Assembly: GCA_041483175.1 (NCBI GenBank)
Contig: JBGPFD010000002.1
Location: forward strand, 1-40,625
DNA from: Thermoanaerobaculia bacterium
GTDB lineage: Bacteria > Acidobacteriota > Thermoanaerobaculia > Gp7-AA8
Direction of reading: 5' to 3'
DNA: 40,625 bases
The notes under the pieces: generated by a model
What the model was told of the DNA's origin: nothing
The model's database searches: none
The model's input: the letters and a program-made list of their open reading frames with translations, nothing else
Shown here: positions 1 to 7,485 of the stretch, in pieces
Layout: the number at the start of each line of letters is the position of its first letter
Position numbering within the stretch: position 1 is the stretch's first letter
Translations under genes and position numbers: made by a program

Positions 1-896
1 CCGGTGACGAACAATCCGGCGATGGCGATGCCGCTCTTGATCGGGCCGATGGTGCTGCGCAGCGCCTGCTGCTCGTTGATCGAAAAATCGTCCGGCTGCT
101 CGGGGCGGAGGCCGCGCACGCGGCGCATGTCGCCGGTCACTTCGTCGATGGCCGCGGCCATCCGGTTCTTGTCCTTCACTTTCACGCGAATCGAAGTGTC
201 CAGGCGCGCGCTGAAGGTCTTCATGAACGCCGGGAGCGGCACGACCGCGTAGGTGTCGAAGCTGAACAAACCGAGGAACGTGCCCATCTTGGCAAAGACG
301 CCGACGACGCGGAAGGGATTGCCGTCGATCATCACCGTCTTGCCCAGCGAGGATTGATTCGGAAAAAGCGCCTCGGCGACGTCGTAGCCCAGAACGCAGA
401 CATTGTGGCCGCCGCGCGACTCCGTTTCGGTGAAGAAGCGCCCCTGGCTGAACTGGCCGGTGGAGGTCACCAGAAATTCGTCCGTCGTTCCCTGCGTGAA
501 CACGTTGCTGACCACGTTGTCGCCGAATTTCACGTTGCGGATCGTGTTCAGCGTCGGCACGGAGGTGATCAGCTGGGAGTTCGGCGTGGCGGCGATGATG
601 CGCTTCAGATCATCGGCGTAATGGGTTTCCATGCGCCGCCGATTCCGGTAGTTCCACCAGTCATCGACGTGATGCCACGGCCACTTCTCGACGTAGAGGA
701 GATCATCGCCGATGACCGAGAGACTGCGCTCGAAGCCGGTCTCGATTCCGGAGATCGCCGAGCCCATCAGCGTGACGGCAATGATGCCGATGATCACGCC
801 GAGCGCCGTGAGGATAGAGCGCATTTTGTGCGCGCGGATCACGGAGAAGGCGATGCGGAAGGCCTCGATCAGTTCGAATGAAACGCCGCGAAGCAT
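1..896 (-). CDS. ABC-transporter permease, MacB/FtsX type (N-terminal part; the gene runs off the window start)
   Basis: My own minus-strand translation from the ATG at 896-894 gives MLRGVSFELIEAFRIAFSVIRAHKMRSILTALGVIIGIIAVTLMG..., a TM helix followed by a MacB-like periplasmic core. It is absent from the ORF track because no stop lies inside the window. It sits directly downstream of the HlyD-type adaptor gene. Confidence 0.8.
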   Translation of the reverse strand, partial: MLRGVSFELIEAFRIAFSVIRAHKMRSILTALGVIIGIIAVTLMGSAISGIETGFERSLSVIGDDLLYVEKWPWHHVDDWWNYRNRRRMETHYADDLKRIIAATPNSQLITSVPTLNTIRNVKFGDNVVSNVFTQGTTDEFLVTSTGQFSQGRFFTETESRGGHNVCVLGYDVAEALFPNQSSLGKTVMIDGNPFRVVGVFAKMGTFLGLFSFDTYAVVPLPAFMKTFSARLDTSIRVKVKDKNRMAAAIDEVTGDMRRVRGLRPEQPDDFSINEQQALRSTIGPIKSGIAIAGLFVT

Positions 897-898
897 AA

Positions 899-990
899 GA
901 ATTTCGAATTTCGAATGAAGAATTGCGAATGAAGAATTAAGAATGGCCTTTCTGCATTCTTAATTCGAAATTCGAAATTCTTAATTCTTG
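899..990. repeat. AT-rich dyad array of 7-bp GAAT-N3 units (7 forward, about 6 inverted)
   Basis: Read directly: gaatttc gaatttc gaatgaa gaattgc gaatgaa gaattaa gaatggc / ctttctgc / attctta attcgaa attcgaa attctta attcttg. It fills the whole gap between the adaptor stop (992) and the permease start (896). Confidence 0.85.
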
Positions 991-991
991 G

Positions 992-2329
992 CTAGCCCTT
1001 CCCCGGTTTCTCAATCTCCACCTTCGCCCCATCCTTCAGCTTCCGTGAAACCGCGGTGTAGCCCCCGGACACCACTTCATCGCCCGCCTTGATGCCCGTC
1101 TTGATCTCGATGAACGTGTTGTCGGCGATTCCGGTCTCCACTTTCTGCTGGCGGACTTTGTCGCCGGTGCGGACGAAGACCACGTGCTGCAGTTTCTCGC
1201 GCAACTCGCGCGCCTTCTGCCTTTCCAGCGTCTCGTTGGTGACGTCGGCGCGATTGTCGCGCTCGCGCGCCTGCTGCTGTGCTTTCTGTTTTTGCTGCTC
1301 CTCGGGCGAGAGCTTGCCGTCGCTCTCGCGGACGGTCACCGCCTGGATGGGAACAACGACCGCGTTCTGCACCGTCGCCGTCTCGATGTCCGCGGTGGCG
1401 CTCATGCCCGGGCGCAGCGGCATGGGAGGATTGGGGATGCTGATCTTCACCTGAAAGTTCGTCACTTCTTCCTGCGATCCGGCGTTGCGCGTGGTCGCCG
1501 TGCTGGCGATCTCGCGCACCACACCGCGGAAGACCCGATCGGGATAGGCGTCGACGTTGACCCGCACCGTGTCGCCCGTCTTCACGTTGACGATGTCGTT
1601 CTCGTTCACATTCACCTGCGCTTCCATGTGTTCGAGATTGGCGATGCGCATCACCTCGGTGCCGGCAAATTGGATCGTTCCCACCACGCGCTCGCCGACG
1701 CGGCTGGGCAGCGAGCTGATGGTGCCGTCGACCGGCGCGCCGATGACCGTCTTGGACAAGGCGTCGCTGGTCTGGCGCAACGCACCTTCGGCGCGTTGGG
1801 CGTCGAATTGCGACGTCTGCAGCGCGGCGTTGGCCATGTTGTACGTCGTCTCGGCGGCCTTCCGATCGGCATCCGAAAGCAGCCCCGTGTTGAACAGGCT
1901 CATGGCGCGCTTGTAGTCATTCTCCGCCTTGTCCACTTCGGCGCGATCGCGCACGATCGCCGCGCGCGAGGCGTTCAATGCGGCCCGCTGCGCCTCCACC
2001 TGCGCCTGGTAGACGTCCGGCTTGATCTTCAGCAGCAGGTCGCCTTTGTGCACCACCTGCCCTTCCTTCACCGGGATCTCGATGATCTCGCCCGAAACCT
2101 CGGGCGCGATCTTTACTTCTACTTCCGGCTGGATCTTTCCGGTCGCGGTGACCAGCTGCGTGATCGACTTGCGGAAGGCTTTGTCGGTGGTGATCGGAAT
2201 CCCCTTCTCGCGGCCCCGCGCAGCCACCGAGCCGATGATGATGGCGACGAGCAGCACACCCCCGCCGATCAGCCCGAAGAGCTTCTTTTTCGACCATTTT
2301 CGGTTGTTCGTTGCCATTGTTCGCCCCAT
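992..2329 (-). CDS. HlyD-family efflux periplasmic adaptor (MacA-like)
   Basis: 445-aa ORF with an N-terminal TM anchor (KKLFGLIGGGVLLVAIIIGSV). It has a biotinyl-lipoyl-like motif (GEIIEIPVKEGQVVHKGDLLLKI), coiled-coil hairpin segments and a C-terminal beta-barrel. A permease gene follows. Confidence 0.9.
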   Translation of the reverse strand: MGRTMATNNRKWSKKKLFGLIGGGVLLVAIIIGSVAARGREKGIPITTDKAFRKSITQLVTATGKIQPEVEVKIAPEVSGEIIEIPVKEGQVVHKGDLLLKIKPDVYQAQVEAQRAALNASRAAIVRDRAEVDKAENDYKRAMSLFNTGLLSDADRKAAETTYNMANAALQTSQFDAQRAEGALRQTSDALSKTVIGAPVDGTISSLPSRVGERVVGTIQFAGTEVMRIANLEHMEAQVNVNENDIVNVKTGDTVRVNVDAYPDRVFRGVVREIASTATTRNAGSQEEVTNFQVKISIPNPPMPLRPGMSATADIETATVQNAVVVPIQAVTVRESDGKLSPEEQQKQKAQQQARERDNRADVTNETLERQKARELREKLQHVVFVRTGDKVRQQKVETGIADNTFIEIKTGIKAGDEVVSGGYTAVSRKLKDGAKVEIEKPGKG

Positions 2330-2402
2330 TATGAACGGGGTGAACCGGAAAAAAGTTTCAAAAAACCCGAACGGAGGGCCAAAAAGGCGTGTTGTTACAG
2401 AT

Positions 2403-3020
2403 ATGAAGAACTCGTGGACCGGCGGCGAGGCCGCCCGACCCAGCGAGAATGCCGAGGAGAACCTTGCCGTGGCCGTCCACCGTCTGGAACCGGGAGCCTT
2501 CGAGCGGCTGATCGAGCGGTTCGAACGGGCGCTCTACGGCTACGCGCACGGCATCCTTCAGAACCCCTTCGACGCCCAGGAAGTGGTGCAGGACGCCATG
2601 ATGCGCGCCCATCGCGCCCTCACGCGGCAGTATGGCGAAGATCGCTGCGCGTCGCTGGCGCTGCGGCCCTGGCTGTTCCGGACGGTGCGCAACCTTTGCC
2701 TGAACAAACGCCGAGGGAAACGGAGTCAGCTCGAGCAGCCACTGTCGGATTTCGATGACGGCCGCATCGGGCCGTTCGTTCATCTGGAAGGATCGGACCT
2801 CGAACGGAAGCAGGAGATCGAGCTTCTGCGCCGCGCGATCGCGCTGCTCCCGGTGGAGGCCCGCGAGTTGATCATGCTGCGGTTCATGGAGGAAATGTCC
2901 TACGGCGAGATCGCCAGGACCATCGGAGCGACCGAGGCGTCGCTGCGCGGCAAAGTGTTCCGGTCGCTCAAGTTGCTTCGAGAGGCGCTGGAGAAAAAAG
3001 GGGTGGCTTATGCGGTGTAG
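2403..3020 (+). CDS. ECF-type RNA polymerase sigma-70 factor
   Basis: Internal ATG (MKNSWTGG...) of ORF 2022..3020. Region 2 reads ERALYGYAHGILQNPFDAQEVVQDAMMRAH. Region 4 reads LPVEARELIMLRFMEEMSYGEIARTIGATEASLRGKVFRSLKLLRE. About 205 aa, typical for ECF sigmas. Confidence 0.9.
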   Translation: MKNSWTGGEAARPSENAEENLAVAVHRLEPGAFERLIERFERALYGYAHGILQNPFDAQEVVQDAMMRAHRALTRQYGEDRCASLALRPWLFRTVRNLCLNKRRGKRSQLEQPLSDFDDGRIGPFVHLEGSDLERKQEIELLRRAIALLPVEARELIMLRFMEEMSYGEIARTIGATEASLRGKVFRSLKLLREALEKKGVAYAV

Positions 3021-3876
3021 AGCAGCACTGACGCGCGTCGATGCGCTGCGCACGGGGGAGCTCGATCAGGAAGAGCATCGAGAGGTGGAGACGCATCTGC
3101 AGAAGTGCCAGAGCTGCGGGGAGTCTGCGGAAGACGTCGGTCGTCTGGCGGAAGCGGTGAAGTCGCTTGCCGTTGCGCCACCGCGATCGATGCGCGAGTC
3201 GCTGCGGACGACTGATTTCTTCGATCGCGTCGACGACGTCTGGGTGGCATTTTCCGATCGCGCCATCCGGATGATCAGCGGGCGATCGCTCGACGATCTC
3301 CGCGCGCACTACGCAAAGCGCTACGGGCGCACGCTCGAGCGCGCGCCGATTCCCGAGCCGCTGCGCAGGCAGGTGGCCGCCGCTGTACAAGGCGAGGGAG
3401 TGGACAAGCCGGCCGTCGATTTCGGTGATGCGTCGGATCTGGAGACCAGCGTGCTGGAGATGCTGACCCGCATTCCGCGCGGCGAGGTGCGCAGCTACTC
3501 CTGGCTGGCACAGCAGGTCGGAAAGCCGCGCGCGGTCCGCGCCGTGGCCAATGTCGTCGCGCGGAACGCCGTGCCGTTCATCATTCCCTGCCATCGCGTC
3601 GTTCCCGCGGGCGGCGGCGTCGGCAAGTACGCCTATGGCAGCCGGATGAAACGGGAGCTGCTCGCACGCGAGGGCGTCGACGTCGACGCGCTCGACGCAT
3701 TGGCGAAGGAGCACATCCGCTTCATCGGCTCGCGCACGTCGAAGATCTACTGCTTCCCTACCTGCCGCGATGCGCGGCGGATTCGCGAGGAAAACCGCGT
3801 CCCTTTTCACCTGGCAGAGGAAGCGGCGCAGAAAGGATTCCGCCCGTGTCGACGATGCCAGCCGGCAGTGGCGTAG
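3010..3876 (+). CDS. zf-HC2 anti-sigma factor fused to a methylated-DNA-protein-cysteine methyltransferase domain and an Ada-type Zn finger
   Basis: The N-terminus has HLQKCQSC (H-x3-C-x2-C). The middle has RAVRAVANVVARNAVPFIIPCHRVV...YGSRMKRELLAREG (MGMT helix-turn-helix plus the PCHR active site). The C-terminus has YCFPTCR...GFRPCRRCQP (Cys4, Ada N-terminal type). It overlaps the sigma gene by 11 nt and has no TM segment. Confidence 0.8.
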   Translation: MRCRAALTRVDALRTGELDQEEHREVETHLQKCQSCGESAEDVGRLAEAVKSLAVAPPRSMRESLRTTDFFDRVDDVWVAFSDRAIRMISGRSLDDLRAHYAKRYGRTLERAPIPEPLRRQVAAAVQGEGVDKPAVDFGDASDLETSVLEMLTRIPRGEVRSYSWLAQQVGKPRAVRAVANVVARNAVPFIIPCHRVVPAGGGVGKYAYGSRMKRELLAREGVDVDALDALAKEHIRFIGSRTSKIYCFPTCRDARRIREENRVPFHLAEEAAQKGFRPCRRCQPAVA

Positions 3877-4619
3877 TGCAGCTTCCGCTATTCCGTGCAG
3901 GGGCGGCGGTCCTCGGCCGCCCGGCAGGCGAGGCGCCTGCCGCCACACCGGACGTGCACGCCATCTCGATTCCCGCGCGGGGTTTTACCGGCGACTTCTA
4001 CTTCACGCATCGCTACGCCGATCGCCTGTGGTTCGCCCTCGGCGACGTGGCCGGAAAGGGACTGCCGGCCGCCGTGATCATGGCCATGATTCAGGAGGAG
4101 CTGGAGCATCGGATCGAATCGTGCGCCGTCACGCGCTGCCATCCCTCCGCCACGATGCAGCGGCTGCAAACATTCCTGCGCCCGCTCGTGCCGCGTAATC
4201 GCTTTGCCACGGCCGTGATCGGCCATCTCTGCGACGACGGCACGCTGGAGATCGCCAACGCCGGCCACTGTTCGCCGCTGATCGTGCGCGCGAACGGGAT
4301 CGAGCGCGTCGGATCGACGGGTCCGGCTCTCGGTCCTATTCCGTCGGCGCAGTGGCGAACGTTCGCGACCACGCTGGCGCGCGGCGAAGCGCTGGTGCTC
4401 TACAGCGACGGCGTGCTCGAAGCGCGATCGCCCGACGGCGAGGAGTTCGGAGTCGAGCGCATCGAACAATCTCTCGATGGAGCACCGGCCAATAGAGAAC
4501 CGGGCAATGGAGCACCGGCTTCAGCCGGCACCATCGCCAAGAACATCCTCGCTGCCGTCAACAACCATGCCGCGGGCGCTCGCGAGGACGATCTGACGCT
4601 CGTCGTGGTGCGATTGTAG
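3846..4619 (+). CDS. PP2C-family serine phosphatase (SpoIIE/RsbU-like), stand-alone catalytic domain
   Basis: Motifs: GDFYF...ALGDVAGKGLPAAVIMAM...ATAVIGHL...ANAGHCSPLIV...LVLYSDGVLEA...EDDLTLVVVRL. The start is uncertain: ATG 3846, or GTG 3876 overlapping the upstream TAG. Confidence 0.85.
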   Translation: MSTMPAGSGVVQLPLFRAGAAVLGRPAGEAPAATPDVHAISIPARGFTGDFYFTHRYADRLWFALGDVAGKGLPAAVIMAMIQEELEHRIESCAVTRCHPSATMQRLQTFLRPLVPRNRFATAVIGHLCDDGTLEIANAGHCSPLIVRANGIERVGSTGPALGPIPSAQWRTFATTLARGEALVLYSDGVLEARSPDGEEFGVERIEQSLDGAPANREPGNGAPASAGTIAKNILAAVNNHAAGAREDDLTLVVVRL

Positions 4620-4653
4620 GGCCCGCCACCCCCGGCGGTCATACAATCGCGCG

Positions 4654-6432
4654 ATGCTGAAGGGCCTGCTGCCGCTGCTCGCGCTCCTTTGGGCCGCTGT
4701 TTTCGCACAGGCTCCCCTCCCGCCACCCCTCCCGTGGGAGGGAAAAAGCCGCGAGCTGATCGCCAGGCCGGACGACAAGTGGATCACCGTCGCGGAGAAG
4801 ACCGGCTTCCGGGCGACGCCGACGTATCTGCAGACGGTGGCCTATATCCGGCAGCTCACTCTCGCCGCGCCGGAGCTGCGGATGATTTCGCTCGGCCGTT
4901 CGGCGGAAGGGCGCGACATCTGGATGGTGGCGGCCTCGCGCGATCACCTCTTCACGCCGGAGACGCTGCAGCGGAGCGGCCGGCCGACGCTGTTCGTGCA
5001 GGCGGGCATCCACGCCGGCGAGATCGACGGCAAAGACGCCGGACTGATGTTCCTGCGCGGCCTCACGGTCGGCGGGCGATGGCGATCGCTGCTCGACCGG
5101 GCGAATTTTCTCTTCGTGCCGATCGTGAACGTCGACGGGCACGAGCGCACATCGCCATTCAACCGCATCAACCAGCGCGGCCCGGACGTGACCGGATGGC
5201 GCACGAACGCGCAAAACCTCAATCTGAACCGCGACTACATGAAGCTCGACACCGAGGAGATCCGCGCGATTGTCGCGGCGCTCGATCGATGGAAACCCGA
5301 CCTCGCCGTCGACATCCACGTGAGCGACGGCGCCGACTATCAGTACGACATCACGTATGGATGGAACTCCACTGGCTACTCGACGCAGGCCGTCCGCTGG
5401 ATGGACATGATGCTCGGCTCCGCACTGCACCGCGCTCTGGGCGCCATGGGGCACATCCCGGGGCCGCTGATCAACAACGACCCGGCGGAAGGGCTGACCA
5501 TGCCCAACCTCCTGCCGCGTTTCGCCACCGGCTATGGCGACATCCGGCATATGCCGTCGATGCTCGTCGAAACGCACGCGCTCAAGCCGTACAAGCAGCG
5601 CGTCCTCGGCACGCTCGTTCTTCTCGCCGCGACGCTCGAGACGCTCGGCCGCGAAGGGGTGGCCCTGAAGCGATCGATCATGAACGACTGCGAACAGCAC
5701 CTCGATCCTGTGCCGCTCGACTGGCGCGTCCCGAACGCAAGCGCGAATCCGGAGATGATGGACTTCCTCGCTGTCCAATCGCAGAAGGTGCCCTCGCCGA
5801 TCTCCGGCACGACACGCACGGAATACCTCGGGACACCGGTGACCAGGCGCATCGCCGTCTACCATCAGACCGAAGTGGCAACGTCCGTCCGGCGCGCAAA
5901 GGCGTACTGGATTCCCGCCGCCTGGAGCAAAATCGCCGACCGCCTGACGCTGCACGGAATCGCCGTCGAGCGGATCAGCGATCCGCGCGAGGTCAACGTC
6001 GATGTCTATCGATTGAAAGACCCGAAATTCGATCCCGAGCCGTTCGAAGGACACGTGCGCGTCTCCGCGAAGAGCGTGATGGAACATCGAAAGCAGCGCT
6101 ATCCGGCAGGCTCGTTCCGCGTCTCCACCGATCAGCCGCTCGGCGATCTGGTAACCGCGTTGCTCGAACCGTCGTCGCCCGACTCGTTCCTGCAGTGGGG
6201 TTTCTTTCACTCGATTTTTCAGCGCACGGAGTATGGCGAGAGCGCCATCGTTGAGCCGATGGCGGAGAAGATGCTGGCCGACAATCCGGCGTTGAAGCAG
6301 GAATTCGAGCAGCGGCTGGCAACCGACGAGGCGTTCCGCGCCAGCCCCGAGCAACGGCTCGATTTCTTCTACTTGCGCTCGCCATTTGCCGATGAGCAGT
6401 GGCAAGTTTATCCGGTCGCCCGCGAGCGATGA
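4654..6432 (+). CDS. Secreted M14-family zinc carboxypeptidase
   Basis: Signal peptide MLKGLLPLLALLWAAVFAQA. Zn and catalytic motifs GIHAGEIDG, NLNRDY and LVETH. Confidence 0.85.
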   Translation: MLKGLLPLLALLWAAVFAQAPLPPPLPWEGKSRELIARPDDKWITVAEKTGFRATPTYLQTVAYIRQLTLAAPELRMISLGRSAEGRDIWMVAASRDHLFTPETLQRSGRPTLFVQAGIHAGEIDGKDAGLMFLRGLTVGGRWRSLLDRANFLFVPIVNVDGHERTSPFNRINQRGPDVTGWRTNAQNLNLNRDYMKLDTEEIRAIVAALDRWKPDLAVDIHVSDGADYQYDITYGWNSTGYSTQAVRWMDMMLGSALHRALGAMGHIPGPLINNDPAEGLTMPNLLPRFATGYGDIRHMPSMLVETHALKPYKQRVLGTLVLLAATLETLGREGVALKRSIMNDCEQHLDPVPLDWRVPNASANPEMMDFLAVQSQKVPSPISGTTRTEYLGTPVTRRIAVYHQTEVATSVRRAKAYWIPAAWSKIADRLTLHGIAVERISDPREVNVDVYRLKDPKFDPEPFEGHVRVSAKSVMEHRKQRYPAGSFRVSTDQPLGDLVTALLEPSSPDSFLQWGFFHSIFQRTEYGESAIVEPMAEKMLADNPALKQEFEQRLATDEAFRASPEQRLDFFYLRSPFADEQWQVYPVARER

Positions 6433-6456
6433 CATGAGCCGCGGATTCCGCCTTCG

Positions 6457-6515
6457 GAGTGTGGCGGCGGGCGTCCCCGCCCCCCGGGCGCGCGAGGACG
6501 CGCGTCCCTACACGC
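6457..6515. repeat. GC-rich REP-like element (GGAGTGT head, two internal hairpins), copy A
   Basis: The sequence is cggagtgtggcggcgggcgtccccgccccccgggcgcgcgaggacgcgcgtccctacacg. It is nearly identical to the copy at 12797-12856, in the same orientation. Confidence 0.85.
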
Positions 6516-6553
6516 CATGCCGATCCCGGGGTTCGGCACGGCGCAGCCGTGCC

Positions 6554-6662
6554 CTACTCGCGCTCGCCATTTGCCGATGAGCAGTGGCGCGTTTATCCGG
6601 TCGCCCGCGAGGCGGATTCCGTTCGGATTTCGCGGGGTCTAGTCCTGTCTGTAACTTACTGA
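6554..6662 (+). pseudogene. Duplicated 3-prime end of the M14 carboxypeptidase gene (orphan C-terminal fragment)
   Basis: 6554-6611 repeats 6370-6426 with about 3 mismatches. It translates to YSRSPFADEQWRVYPVARE..., versus YLRSPFADEQWQVYPVARE in the intact gene. Confidence 0.7.
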
Positions 6663-7485
6663 AAATCCAATACTTTCAAAACGCTCGTAGTGCCAGAAAA
6701 TGCCCGTGGGCACACGTATTCCACACACGAACTACTGCCCCCGAACTCTTTTTAACAGCCAGATGTCTCGAAGGATCGCGTCGCCTATCCCGGCCTCCAA
6801 CATCCTCGCCTCGAAGTAGTCGCCCACTTCTAGTTTGATGAAACCATCACAGACTTGCGGGACTTTCACGACATGGAAGTGGCCAATGGCGACGGATGGC
6901 TGCTAGCTGCTCGGCATCGATACGAATACTTACGACGGTTGGGAGATAAACCGTCGGCAGCTGAGACTGAAGCACATGCCGGCGGCATTCAAGTTCCTCC
7001 GCTTCAGCTGGCTACCATAGTGTCGGAGAGTCTTTTTGTTGGAGCCCGAGCAACCATGTGCCAGTCCGCAGAGAAACGCTACGACATCGTCGTATATCGG
7101 CAGCTCAACCCGACACCGTGTCTCCCGATCCTTGACCACGCGCCTGACATGAACGCAGGCCGCGCCGCGGCCCTCCAGCGTTTCTACTCGATCGTCGCCT
7201 TGAACGGGAACGGCTGCCGCGACCGCGTCGCGTTGCAAGGTACCAGTTTTGTCAGACACTTTCCGATTCTGATTACTTAAGAGATGTCCGTCCATGAAGA
7301 CAAGTCATAGACTTCACCAAAACGCACTACTATTATTTTTCAACGTCACTCCGCATACCTTCTCCCAGCAATGCATGTGGTCGATAGAGACGGGCCGACA
7401 GTTCACCTGTCTATTTTTTCTGGTACCCACCACGTTGACCAGACAGCCGCTCTTGTCCGACGGGTAGAACATCGGACTGCGCCGC

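Noticed and set aside
2330-2402. Candidate autoregulated ECF promoter (GAAC-type -35 elements at 2333-2336 and 2342-2345, CGAAC at 2368-2372, and an unusual A-rich tract ggaaaaaagtttcaaaaaa).
   Set aside because: The spacing between the GAAC and any CGT-type -10 does not fit the usual 16-17 nt. I cannot call a promoter without TSS data.
1184-2758. 524-aa plus-strand ORF overlapping the HlyD gene. Many similar long ORFs exist: 4639..6435(-), 4689..6254(+), 13275..14261(+), 16179..17627(+), 16345..17370(-), 20113..21324(+), 27199..28233(-), 28191..29210(-), 29387..30274(-), 35317..36582(+), 36401..37438(-), 38812..39927(-).
   Set aside because: These are shadow ORFs typical of high-GC DNA. They are Arg/Ala/Gly/Pro-rich and low in complexity, have no recognisable motifs, and each lies opposite to or out of frame with a gene that has clear family signatures.
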